A DNA stretch of 64,000 nucleotides from Acidimicrobiales bacterium (GTDB lineage: Bacteria > Actinomycetota > Acidimicrobiia > Acidimicrobiales > JAVJTC01): the NCBI GenBank assembly GCA_040219085.1, contig JAVJTC010000009.1, positions 164,539 to 228,538 on the forward strand, written 5' to 3'. Below, in pieces: positions 1-8,774 of this stretch; the first letter of the stretch is position 1, and every line of letters begins with the position of its first letter. A model generated the notes under the pieces. It was not told the origin of the DNA, did not search any database, and worked only from the letters and a program-made list of their open reading frames with translations. A program made the translations under genes and the position numbers.

Positions 1-514
1 CTTTGCCTGCACCGGGGACATCCCGACGGCCATCGTCCTCGTCCTCGGCAAGGCGTTGACGGGCTCCGCGCTCTACTGCGAGCTCTACCAGGCCGATCTC
101 AAGGGAAACTGGATCATGGTCGCCAACGGCGGCGAGGGGGACTTCGCCAGCCGCGAACCACGAACCGGCGTCACGCACCTTCCAGAGGACCACTACGCCG
201 GCGAGCACGGTGCCGGTGTCGCCTCCGTCTTCGAACTCGCCCGGGGGCCGGCGACCCTCACCAGCCTCTCCCCCGCCCCCACCCCCGGCGGGTGGGTCCT
301 CGTCGCCGCCGAGGGCGAGGTTCTCGACTCCCGCCACCCGACGATGGAGGGCCCCAACGGGATGTTCCGATTTGCATCCGGACCGGTGGAGGATGCCTAC
401 ACGCGCTGGTGTGAGGCCGGCGCGACGCACCATGCGGCCGTTCTTCCCGGCCATCGACGACCCGAACTCGAGACGGTCACCCGCCTACTCGGCATCGAGC
501 TCCGCACGGCCTGA
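1..514 (+). CDS. C-terminal part of a fucose/arabinose-isomerase-like sugar isomerase (5' end outside the window)
   Basis: Frame 2 is open from the window edge. The translation FACTGDIPTAIVLVLGKALTGSALYCELY... aligns by eye with the paralog at 550..1983 (WTCTGDVLTAIAMFVARSLGGAALYHEIE). Both end in FRFASxP...W..AG..HH...PGH. The family name is from memory of this C-terminal pattern. Confidence 0.6.
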   Translation, partial: FACTGDIPTAIVLVLGKALTGSALYCELYQADLKGNWIMVANGGEGDFASREPRTGVTHLPEDHYAGEHGAGVASVFELARGPATLTSLSPAPTPGGWVLVAAEGEVLDSRHPTMEGPNGMFRFASGPVEDAYTRWCEAGATHHAAVLPGHRRPELETVTRLLGIELRTA

Positions 515-549
515 CGGCGGGTCGCGGCCGTAGCGGCGCCAGGCACCCC

Positions 550-1983
550 TCAGACCTCGACGAAGCCGATCCCCAGATGCCCGGCGGTCGCGGCGACGGC
601 ACGTGCGAGGTGGCCCGGAGCGGCGGCGCTGTGGTGGTTGACGCCGGCCGAGGCCCACCGGCGCCACGCGTCGGTGGCCGGCGCCGACGCGAAGCGGAAG
701 AGTCCCCCGACGGTCGGGCTCCGGGGCAGCTCGCGGCCGGTGATCTCGCCCTCCGCCACCACGAGTCGTAGGCCACCGGGGTCATCGGGGGCGACGACGA
801 ACCCGACCAGTGACGCCGGCCCCGTGGGCAGTTCGAATCGGACGCACACGCCGGTCCGGGGGTCACGCGAGTACCAGGCATTGGGGCCGAGCGAGGGAGT
901 CACCCCGGCGGGACACCAGCCGAGATCGTGCTCACCGGAGTTCGCCAGCGCGACCTCGTCGGTCTCGAAATCGATCGCCTCGATCTCGTGGTACAGGGCG
1001 GCGCCGCCGAGCGATCGGGCGACGAACATCGCGATCGCGGTGAGGACATCACCGGTGCAGGTCCACGGGATGCCTCTCGACGTCTCCGAGCCGAGGCCGA
1101 AACACGGGGTGATACCTGGTTCGTCGCCGAAGCGGATCTCGGGCACGTGACAGTTCATCGCCCCGAGTGCGATGTGTTCATCGTCGTCGAGCGAGGACAT
1201 CGCTGCGGCGAGGCGGACCGACCGCTCGAGGCCGTCGTCGTCGCCCTCCTCGACACGGAAGCCGGTTCGGACCGCGGCGAGACGTTCCTGCGTCTCGACG
1301 TCGGTCACGGCCTCGTAGCGGCGGCGGATCTCCACCGGGGCGACGGACACGACGGTCAATCCGAGTGACGCCTCGAGATCCGCATCCGGTGCGTCCACGC
1401 AGTCGTAGCCGGCCATCGGAGATCCGACCCGGGCCAGTCGCGCCCGGGCGAGGCGGGTCGCGGTGGCCGCCCCGGCGAGGAATTCGGCGACGGCGCCCGC
1501 TCCGGCCGGGTCCGACAGCGACGAGACATGGAGATCGTGGTGGCGGCCACGACGACGCAGGACGCTCGTCAGCATCGGCGTCCCGACCGTCGATCCGAGG
1601 CTCGTGATCGACCCTGCGTCGAAGTCGTCGTCGACGGTCTCGGCGTTCTGTACCGCCCACACGACCACAGGGACGTCGACACGGTCGAGGAGTTCGGTCG
1701 AGTGGGTCGGCGGAACGGCCATCGACACGGCCACGAGAATGGCCTCGGGGTCCACCCCGACAACCTCATCCGCCGCCGCCGAGGCCTCGTCGGGGCCTGC
1801 CACCATCCCGCTCCAGACGACGTCGACACCCACAGCACCGACGCGATCGACGACCCGCTCGAGCAGCCGTTCGCGTTCGGCCCGGAACTCGGGACCGACG
1901 CTGGCCTCCCAGAAGTCCCAGTACGGGAGGACGACCGCGACTCGGGCGTTGACGGGCCGGGCGGGACTCGCGCTGCCCCTCAC
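550..1983 (-). CDS. Fucose/arabinose-isomerase-like protein, paralog of the partial gene at 1..514
   Basis: Long ORF 550..2046. Its C-terminal half aligns with ORF 56..514. The N-terminal 20 aa of the track ORF are Arg-rich, so the GTG at 1983 (VRGSASPARPVNARVAVVLPYWDFWE) is chosen, but the start is uncertain. Confidence 0.6.
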   Translation of the reverse strand: MRGSASPARPVNARVAVVLPYWDFWEASVGPEFRAERERLLERVVDRVGAVGVDVVWSGMVAGPDEASAAADEVVGVDPEAILVAVSMAVPPTHSTELLDRVDVPVVVWAVQNAETVDDDFDAGSITSLGSTVGTPMLTSVLRRRGRHHDLHVSSLSDPAGAGAVAEFLAGAATATRLARARLARVGSPMAGYDCVDAPDADLEASLGLTVVSVAPVEIRRRYEAVTDVETQERLAAVRTGFRVEEGDDDGLERSVRLAAAMSSLDDDEHIALGAMNCHVPEIRFGDEPGITPCFGLGSETSRGIPWTCTGDVLTAIAMFVARSLGGAALYHEIEAIDFETDEVALANSGEHDLGWCPAGVTPSLGPNAWYSRDPRTGVCVRFELPTGPASLVGFVVAPDDPGGLRLVVAEGEITGRELPRSPTVGGLFRFASAPATDAWRRWASAGVNHHSAAAPGHLARAVAATAGHLGIGFVEV

Positions 1984-2049
1984 CGGGGAACGCCGGTAGG
2001 TCCGGGCCGCCGACCGGCATTTCGGCCGTTGCATGCCGATCGGCAATGG

Positions 2050-3273
2050 CTATGCACGTTCGACCACCAGGCGATCGAGGTGCCGATGAAACCAGTCGAC
2101 CCTGAGGGACGGGGCTGTGTCCTCGGGCACCCGGACACGCGGCATTCGGTCGAGCAGCTCGCGGGTTGCGATCACGACCTCCGCCCGGGCGAGTCGGTAC
2201 CCGATGCAGAAGTGCTTGCCCAGACCGAACCCGAGGTGATGCGCCCGGCCACCCGTTCGTCCACCGGCACGGCGCTCACCCTCGAGGTTCAGGTCGGAAC
2301 GGGCGAGATCGAAGAGACGTGGGTCTTCGAAGACCGTCTCGTCGTTGTTGGCCGACATCAGTCCGACACGGACGATCTCGCCTTCACGGATCAGTTGGCC
2401 ATGCCACTCGACGTCCGTGGTCACCTCACGATCCTCGTACACAACCACGCCGTCGCGCCGCATGAACTCGGTGAACGCAGCATCGAGCCGGGACGGATCG
2501 TCACGCAGCGACTCCCAGACCGGCGGATGCTGGAGCAGAACCCACCAGAAGTTGGCGATGGCCCTGTCCGTCGTCTCGCCACCGGCGACGAGCAGGAGGC
2601 TGATGAACGACGCAATCTCCTGTCTCGACAGCCGTTCGCCGTCTTCAGTCCTTCCATGAGCGATTGCACTGATGAGGTCCTTCTCGCGAACGGCTTCCCG
2701 CTCGGTGATGAGCTCGTCGATGCGCTGGGAGAACTCGGTGTGAGCGGCGACACCCTTCGAGAGCGCCGGCTCCTCCCCCGCCAGGGCCTCGACGACCACG
2801 GATGCCAGGTCGCCGAGGTAGGGATGAAGTTCCTCTTCCAGCCCCAGGATCGTAGCGATGACCTTGACCGGGAGCGGCCAGGTGACATTGGCGACGAGAT
2901 CCACCGAGCCCTCGCGTGGGAGACCGTCGAAAAGGCCTCCGACCACTTCCTCGATCAGTGGAACGTAGTTCTCGTCCAGTTGGCGCCCCATGAGCGCCGG
3001 CGCAATGATCTTGCGACGCACGTCGTGGTCCTCGCCGTCCATCTGGACCATCGTCGGCCCGATCACCTGCGTGAACATGCGCTCGTACGGTCTCGTGGAG
3101 TAGGTCTCGTGGTCCTGCAGCACCGCAGCCACATCGTCGTAGCGTGTCAGTAACCAGCACTCGGCCACGGTGTCACGGAAGAGCGGCTGTTCGTGTCGCA
3201 GGCGCTCCCACGGTGGGAACGGATCCGCGTTGAAGCTCTCGGAGTACAAGTCCTCGGGCGTTACCTTCGACAT
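2050..3273 (-). CDS. Cytochrome P450
   Basis: Heme-thiolate motif FGLGKHFCIGYRLA, I-helix LLLVAGGETTDRA and ExxR (EFMRRD). 407 aa. Confidence 0.93.
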   Translation of the reverse strand: MSKVTPEDLYSESFNADPFPPWERLRHEQPLFRDTVAECWLLTRYDDVAAVLQDHETYSTRPYERMFTQVIGPTMVQMDGEDHDVRRKIIAPALMGRQLDENYVPLIEEVVGGLFDGLPREGSVDLVANVTWPLPVKVIATILGLEEELHPYLGDLASVVVEALAGEEPALSKGVAAHTEFSQRIDELITEREAVREKDLISAIAHGRTEDGERLSRQEIASFISLLLVAGGETTDRAIANFWWVLLQHPPVWESLRDDPSRLDAAFTEFMRRDGVVVYEDREVTTDVEWHGQLIREGEIVRVGLMSANNDETVFEDPRLFDLARSDLNLEGERRAGGRTGGRAHHLGFGLGKHFCIGYRLARAEVVIATRELLDRMPRVRVPEDTAPSLRVDWFHRHLDRLVVERA

Positions 3274-3402
3274 ACCGACACCAACCTGGAATCGTTCCCA
3301 GCACTATGCGATCACGGTAGGTGTCACGTCCTTTCCTGTCAACGCGAATGGATCTGGCTGTGCGAGCGCTTGCGCTTCGCGCTGACCAGCGGCATTCTGG
3401 TT

Positions 3403-3414
3403 GGAAACGTTTCC
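3403..3414. promoter_or_regulatory. Perfect 12-bp palindrome GGAAACGTTTCC, a member of the recurring LacI-type box family
   Basis: Read directly. It lies in the divergent region between the P450 (start 3273) and the gene at 3425, 11 nt before the GTG at 3425 and next to GGAGG at 3416..3420. It has the central CG and AAnCGnTT core typical of LacI/GalR operators. Confidence 0.6.
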
Positions 3415-3424
3415 TGGAGGATAA

Positions 3425-4555
3425 GTGAACACATCGAACGCAGAGACGACGATCGAATTCTCCGAGGTCCTCGGGCGAAGGGTCCGCCTCGGCTCATGGG
3501 AAGACCAGAAGATCTCGACATACCGCAAGATCGCCGAGGCCATCGAGAACGGCGACTGGGACTTCGCCGCGGACCTCGCCGACTACTTCACCGACGAGGC
3601 GCAGGTCTGCTTCAGCCTCTACCGGCAGTGGATCAACGATCTGCGGGGCTTCCTGCGCGACAGCGGAACACCGGCCGACGAGGTGGCTGCGATCGATGCG
3701 GACGTGCAGTCCAAGCTGACCCTCCCCGACGGACGGGCGTGGAACGCCCACCGTCACTGGGACGACTACAGGGCCCGCCAGCGCGACCTCCTCGCAGCGA
3801 TCTACCGCCAGCAGCGCGACGAGGGCCTCGAGGCGCTCGCGACGATGAAGGAGACGTGGCGCCAGACCCACGACCGCGACGTCGACCACACCTACGGGCT
3901 CATGTCGGCCATCCAGGAGCACTACGGGGGTCAGGGGATCGCGGACATGTACCAGCGGGTTCTCATTCCGCTGTTCGCGTGGCGCTACGGAAAGTTCGAC
4001 ATCGATCAGCACCCGTGGGACGAGGGCCTCGAGACGTTGATGCTCGTGGCGTGCGAGGCCATGCGGGGCCATCTGGTCGGACCGGAACGCACCGGCGACT
4101 TCGAACTGATCGAGGAGGACGACCGCTTCGTGGTGCGCTTCGACCCGTGTGGATCCGGCGGCCGCACCATCCGTGGCGACTGGATCGAGAACACGCCCGC
4201 CCGCATGGAGGCGCCCTACAACTGGGGGGTCTCCAAGGAGGAGGCCTCCTGGAACCACTACACGAAGGGCGTGTGCCTGTACTGCGCGCACTGCATCGTG
4301 TTGATGGAGGAGATCCCGATCGACCGTTTCGGCTACCCGGTGCGGGTCATCGACCCGCCCGTGTACCCCGACACCGACAGGGACCCCGCCGTGCGACAGA
4401 AGTGCCAGTGGACGATGTACAAGGATCCCACGACGGTGCCCGAGGAGGTCTACGTACGGGTCGGTCGGACCAAGCCCGACAAGTTCGGTTCGTCGAACTT
4501 CGACGCGGGGGATCTACCCGACGCCGGCGCCCTGGGCCTGCCCGGCACCGGCTGA
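3425..4555 (+). CDS. Hypothetical Cys-rich protein (DPCGSGG ... CLYCAHC), possible metal or Fe-S binding
   Basis: 376-aa ORF with a balanced, non-artefactual composition (W/Y/K/E rich). GGAGG sits 5-9 nt upstream. It has a CxxCxxC triad (GVCLYCAHC) plus an upstream DPCGSGG. I do not recognise a family. Confidence 0.75.
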   Translation: MNTSNAETTIEFSEVLGRRVRLGSWEDQKISTYRKIAEAIENGDWDFAADLADYFTDEAQVCFSLYRQWINDLRGFLRDSGTPADEVAAIDADVQSKLTLPDGRAWNAHRHWDDYRARQRDLLAAIYRQQRDEGLEALATMKETWRQTHDRDVDHTYGLMSAIQEHYGGQGIADMYQRVLIPLFAWRYGKFDIDQHPWDEGLETLMLVACEAMRGHLVGPERTGDFELIEEDDRFVVRFDPCGSGGRTIRGDWIENTPARMEAPYNWGVSKEEASWNHYTKGVCLYCAHCIVLMEEIPIDRFGYPVRVIDPPVYPDTDRDPAVRQKCQWTMYKDPTTVPEEVYVRVGRTKPDKFGSSNFDAGDLPDAGALGLPGTG

Positions 4556-4562
4556 GGTCACG

Positions 4563-5582
4563 ATGAGAGCCGCAGTACTCAACCGCTATGGGGCACCGCT
4601 GGAGTTCGTGGAGCGGGACCCCGTCGAACCGGGGCCGGGTCAGGTCGTCGTCGACGTGGTCGCATGTGGCGTCTGCGGCAGCGACACCTTCCTGCAGAAG
4701 GGCGGGTTCGACTCCACCATGCCCATCGTCCCGGGGCACGAAGCAGCGGGAACGATCGCGCGGGTCGGTCCCGACGTCGAGAACCTCGCTACCGGGGACC
4801 CGGTCGCGATCTACTACATCGAGCACTGCGGGACATGTGAGATGTGTGAGATGGGACGGGTGAACATGTGCCTGTCCGTGCGTCGGATGGGCGTCGAGTT
4901 CGATGGAGCATTCGCCACCGAGGTCCTCATCCCGGCGCGCAACGCCATTCCGGTCCAACCCGGTGACGATCTCGCTGCCGTGGCCGTTCTGACCGACGCG
5001 GTCGCCACGCCGTACCACGCGCTGGTGAGGGTCGGTCGCGTGGAGGCCGGCGCCACGGTCGTGGTGTTCGGCGTGGGTGGAATCGGCTCCAACGCCGTGC
5101 AGATCGCCGCACACCTCGGATGTCACGTGATCGCGGTGAGTCGCTCCGAGGAGAAGTTGGAGTTGGCCTGGGAACTCGGGGCGAGCGAGACGATCCGCGC
5201 CGACGAGAACGTCGTGGAAGCCGTGCGCTCCGTCTGCGGGCCGCGCGGGCCCGAGTTCGTGGTCCAGACGGTGGGTTCGGCGACGGTCGACGAGCAGGCC
5301 GTGGCGACGGTGGGGATCGGCGGCAAGGTTCTGCTGATCGGTGCCAGCACCGACACCTTCGCCACCCGGTCGGTCGACCTCATCTGGCGCGAGGCGTCCA
5401 TCCACGGGTCGCGGGGGTTCGTGCCCGATGACATCCGCGAGGTACTCGACCTCCATCGTCGGGGCCTGTTGCGCAGCGACCACCTGACCTCGGTACAGAG
5501 GCCACTCGACGAGGCCAACGACGCCCTGGCCGATCTGACGGCGGGCCGGGTGTTGCGGTCCGTCCTGCGTCCGAACGGCTAG
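4563..5582 (+). CDS. Zinc-dependent medium-chain alcohol dehydrogenase
   Basis: Motifs CGVCGSD, GHEAAG, structural-Zn CGTCEMCEMGRVNMC and Rossmann VVFGVGGIGSNAV. It starts 8 nt after the stop of the previous gene. Confidence 0.9.
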   Translation: MRAAVLNRYGAPLEFVERDPVEPGPGQVVVDVVACGVCGSDTFLQKGGFDSTMPIVPGHEAAGTIARVGPDVENLATGDPVAIYYIEHCGTCEMCEMGRVNMCLSVRRMGVEFDGAFATEVLIPARNAIPVQPGDDLAAVAVLTDAVATPYHALVRVGRVEAGATVVVFGVGGIGSNAVQIAAHLGCHVIAVSRSEEKLELAWELGASETIRADENVVEAVRSVCGPRGPEFVVQTVGSATVDEQAVATVGIGGKVLLIGASTDTFATRSVDLIWREASIHGSRGFVPDDIREVLDLHRRGLLRSDHLTSVQRPLDEANDALADLTAGRVLRSVLRPNG

Positions 5583-5630
5583 GAACCCCGCGCGCCGGAC
5601 TGGCGCCCGGCGCGACCACCGCGACTCGGT

Positions 5631-6389
5631 TCAGAGCCAGTCAGGTCGGTGGCGCATTCCCTGGACGGTCCAACCACCGTCGACGACGATCGTCTGGCCG
5701 GTGATGTAGGACGCCTCGTCACCGGCCAGGAAACGTACGACTCGGGCGATCTCATCGACGTCGGCCAGCCGGCGCATCGGGATCTCGTCGGTGATCCACT
5801 CCACGCTCGTCGACCCGTCGTCGAAGCCCTGCTGGACGAGCTTCGTCAGTGTGGATCCGGGCGCCACGGCGTTCACCCGGATCCCCTGCTCGGCGACCTC
5901 GACGGCGAGCTCCCGCGTGAAGGCGCTGATGGCACCCTTGGCCGCGGTGTAGGGGCCGCGTCCCGGCACGCCGACGATCGCAGCTGCTGATGAGATGGAG
6001 ACGATCGCACCCCGCCCCTGGTCTTCCATGAATCCGAGTGCGAGGGCGCTGCAGTTGAACGTTCCTCCGAGATGGACGTCGAGCACCTTCTGCCAGGTTG
6101 CCGGGTCGAAGTCGCGGGTGCGTCCGACCGCCTGCAGGCCGGCGTTGTTGACGAGGATGTCGACGGTGCCCTCGACGGCGCCGATGTCAGCGAACACGGC
6201 GTCCATGGCGCCCCGGTCGGCGACGTCGCCGGACAGGTAGCGCACGCCTTCGCGACCTTCGTCCGGCGCGATCAGGTCGATCGAGACGACGCGGGCGCCC
6301 TGTTCGGACAACGCCCGAACGACGGCGTCCCCGATCCCCCTCGCCCCGCCGGTGACCACGGCGACCCGGTCCGAGAACTCTCCAGCCAT
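5631..6389 (-). CDS. Short-chain dehydrogenase/reductase (SDR)
   Basis: VAVVTGGARGIGDA, NNAG and YTAAKGA motifs. The ATG at 6389 (MAGEFSDRVAVVTGG) is preferred over the track start at 6419. Confidence 0.9.
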   Translation of the reverse strand: MAGEFSDRVAVVTGGARGIGDAVVRALSEQGARVVSIDLIAPDEGREGVRYLSGDVADRGAMDAVFADIGAVEGTVDILVNNAGLQAVGRTRDFDPATWQKVLDVHLGGTFNCSALALGFMEDQGRGAIVSISSAAAIVGVPGRGPYTAAKGAISAFTRELAVEVAEQGIRVNAVAPGSTLTKLVQQGFDDGSTSVEWITDEIPMRRLADVDEIARVVRFLAGDEASYITGQTIVVDGGWTVQGMRHRPDWL

Positions 6390-6446
6390 TTCTGTGCACC
6401 CCCTGCCCTCGCCTCCCACGAACGGAGATCATGGCGAGGGGCTTTC

Positions 6447-6470
6447 GGCAACGATTCCGGCAATGTTACC
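6447..6470. promoter_or_regulatory. Two tandem boxes, GGCAACGATTCC and GGCAATGTTACC (putative LacI-type operator)
   Basis: Located in the divergent region between the SDR (6389) and the LacI-family regulator (6622). The 17-mer CTTTCGGCAACGATTCC is repeated exactly at 16879..16895. Confidence 0.6.
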
Positions 6471-6621
6471 ATCGTGGTGACAACCAGAACGGGAGCTCCG
6501 GGGTCCAACTCCGGGTCGACGGGGCCCGATCGCGTCACGGGTAGGGTCACCTGCCGCCACGTGGCCGAGATTCCGCGCCGGCGACATCACCTGACGCCGC
6601 AGGTCGCCGATCGGAGGGACG

Positions 6622-7659
6622 ATGAGAAGTCGTAGGCGCTCGGGACCGAGTGTGAACATCAAGGACGTCGCGAGTCATCTCGACGTCTCCCCTTCGACGG
6701 TTTCGCGCGTTCTCAACGACCATCCCGACGTCAGCGACGCCATGCGTGATCGGGTCATGGAGGCCGCCCGGGAACTCGGCTATCAGCCCGACTTCCTCGC
6801 CCAGAGCCTGCGCGGAGGTTTCACCCGCACCATCGGCTTCGTCCTGCGCGACCTGTCGAACCCGATCTTCGCCGACATCGTGAAGGGGGCCGAGACGACC
6901 CTGCGTGATGCCGGGCACGCTCTGATCCTGGCCAACTCCGAGGGCGATCCCGATCTCGACGTCCGCAACGTGCGGATTCTCGACCAGCGCCGTGTCGACG
7001 GGATGTTGCTGTCCCTGCAGTCCGAGTCCCGCGAGGACCTGCGCAGGACCGTGGAGGAACTGGAGATCCCCATCGTCCTCATCGATCGCGACATCCCCCA
7101 CGCCGACGCCGGCGCGGTCTTCTGTGACCACCGGTCCGGCGTTCTCGCGGCGACGGACCACCTACTCGAGCTGGGTCACCGCCGCGTCGCGTTCATCAGT
7201 GGCCCCCGCGACATCCGTGCGACCCGTGAGCGCCTGGCCGGCTACCAGGAGGCGTTCCGGAAGCGGGGGCTGGAAGAAGACGATCATCTCGTCCGGCTCG
7301 GGTCCTACGCCCGGGAGTTCGGTCATGCCGAGACACTGGGGCTCATGGCGCAACGTGATCGCCCCACAGCGGTCGTCTCCGCCGGGGTTCAGGGCACGGC
7401 CGGGGTTCTCGCAGCGTGTCGGGAGCTGGGCCTGGCCCTCGGACGCGACTACTCGCTCGTGTCATGCGACGAGATCGACTTCATGAGCTTCGTCGATCCG
7501 CCCATCAGTGTCGTGCGGCGTGACGCGGCCCTCATCGGCCGGATGGCCGGCGAACTCCTTCTGGAGATGGTCGTCGGTGGAGAAGGAGCACGCCAGGTCG
7601 TGCTCCCGACCGACTACGTCCCCCGAGGTTCGTCGGCCAACCCTCCCTCGTCGACCTAG
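6622..7659 (+). CDS. LacI/GalR-family transcriptional regulator
   Basis: N-terminal HTH VNIKDVASHLDVSPSTVSRVLN followed by a periplasmic-binding-protein-like sugar-binding fold. The start could instead be the GTG at 6655. Confidence 0.92.
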   Translation: MRSRRRSGPSVNIKDVASHLDVSPSTVSRVLNDHPDVSDAMRDRVMEAARELGYQPDFLAQSLRGGFTRTIGFVLRDLSNPIFADIVKGAETTLRDAGHALILANSEGDPDLDVRNVRILDQRRVDGMLLSLQSESREDLRRTVEELEIPIVLIDRDIPHADAGAVFCDHRSGVLAATDHLLELGHRRVAFISGPRDIRATRERLAGYQEAFRKRGLEEDDHLVRLGSYAREFGHAETLGLMAQRDRPTAVVSAGVQGTAGVLAACRELGLALGRDYSLVSCDEIDFMSFVDPPISVVRRDAALIGRMAGELLLEMVVGGEGARQVVLPTDYVPRGSSANPPSST

Positions 7660-7700
7660 GGCATCAAACCGCGCTTCTCCTGCGCCGTTCTGTTGGCGTT

Positions 7701-7727
7701 GGTATCGTTACCTGCAACGTTGCCGGA
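7701..7727. promoter_or_regulatory. Two tandem boxes, GGTATCGTTACC and TGCAACGTTGCCGGA
   Basis: Read directly. It lies 17 nt upstream of the lactonase ATG at 7744 and contains the perfect 10-bp palindrome GCAACGTTGC. Confidence 0.6.
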
Positions 7728-7743
7728 GCATGGGGGTGCTCAG

Positions 7744-8622
7744 ATGGACACGACGGTCACCACACTCGCAACAGGGATCGGACATCCGGAGGGTCCCGAC
7801 GTGCTGCCCGACGGTCGGATCGTCATGGTCGAGACCTATACCGGGAAGATCCTGGTCTGGGGCGAGGACACCGGTGTCGAGGACTACGTGATCTGCGACG
7901 GAGGCCCGAACGCGTGCATGCTCGGGTCCGACGGCGCTGTCTACATCACCCAGAACGGCGGGACCGTCGGCGAGTGGAAGGCGGACGTGATGTCTGTTCC
8001 CTCGATTCAACGCGGCTGGCCCGACGGGCGGTGCGAGATCGTCGTCAGCGAGGTCGCCGGTATCCCGCTGCAGGCCCCGAACGATCTCACCTGGGGGCCC
8101 GACGGCCGTCTGTACTTCACCGATCCCCCTGACTACACGCCCGAAGACCGCGGGATCGGTCGTGTCTTCGCGGTCGCGCCCGACGGGGAGGGTGAGCTTC
8201 TCGAGGAAATCCCGGAGGCGTATCCGAACGGCATCACAGCGGAGCCGGACGGTTCGATCATCTGGGTCGAGTCCTATGAGAGTGGTGTCTACCGGAAGCG
8301 ACCGGGCGAGCCATCCGAACTGCTGTGCCGTCTGCCCGAAGGGCACGTTCCCGACGGCCTGAAGATCGACGTGAACGGCAACCTCTGGGTGACGACCTTC
8401 ATGGGAGCCGTCATCGATGTGCTTGCACCCGATGGCACGCTGCTGAAGCAGGTCGCGTGCGGGGGAGTCCCGCTCAACTGCGTTTTCAAGGGAACCGACC
8501 TCTACATCACGGACTTCGGTGACATAGACCACATCCCGCCCGGAGCCTTCATGGGCGGCCGCCTCACGCGCATCGACGCCGGCGTCGAAGGCAGGCCACT
8601 GTTCCGGGGCGCACTCGCGTGA
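7744..8622 (+). CDS. SMP-30/gluconolactonase/LRE-like lactonase (beta-propeller)
   Basis: Repeated propeller-blade motifs: PEGPDVLPDGRIVMVE, PNDLTWGPDGRLYFTD, PNGITAEPDGS and PDGLKIDVNGNLWV. The ATG at 7744 is chosen. Confidence 0.85.
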   Translation: MDTTVTTLATGIGHPEGPDVLPDGRIVMVETYTGKILVWGEDTGVEDYVICDGGPNACMLGSDGAVYITQNGGTVGEWKADVMSVPSIQRGWPDGRCEIVVSEVAGIPLQAPNDLTWGPDGRLYFTDPPDYTPEDRGIGRVFAVAPDGEGELLEEIPEAYPNGITAEPDGSIIWVESYESGVYRKRPGEPSELLCRLPEGHVPDGLKIDVNGNLWVTTFMGAVIDVLAPDGTLLKQVACGGVPLNCVFKGTDLYITDFGDIDHIPPGAFMGGRLTRIDAGVEGRPLFRGALA

Positions 8623-8724
8623 TCGATGTCACCAGCAGGGTTGCGCGGTCGACCACCGGCGCCTCGCGCGGCGAGGGACGGTTTCTGACCGCCGCACGTC
8701 TTCCTTGACTACCAGGTCGTGAAT

Positions 8725-8739
8725 GGTAACGTTGCCGGA
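8725..8739. promoter_or_regulatory. Box GGTAACGTTGCCGGA
   Basis: Read directly. It lies 36 nt upstream of the ABC permease start at 8775 and matches the boxes at 7713, 26295 (rc) and 28724 (rc) at most positions. Confidence 0.6.
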
Positions 8740-8774
8740 ATCAATCCCGAACACCTGAAGAGGTTGAACTGCCG

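Noticed and set aside
1528-3153. 541-aa plus-strand ORF antisense to the isomerase-like and P450 genes
   Set aside because: It has no recognisable motif, is rich in Arg/Asp/Gly/His, and lies opposite two genes with strong family signatures. The same reasoning applies to these other long antisense ORFs:
- 12574..13734
- 15474..16910
- 27721..28899
- 30466..31917
- 32763..33806
- 36775..37899
- 44414..46057
- 53862..55613
- 56719..57927
- 58802..60052
- 59998..61068
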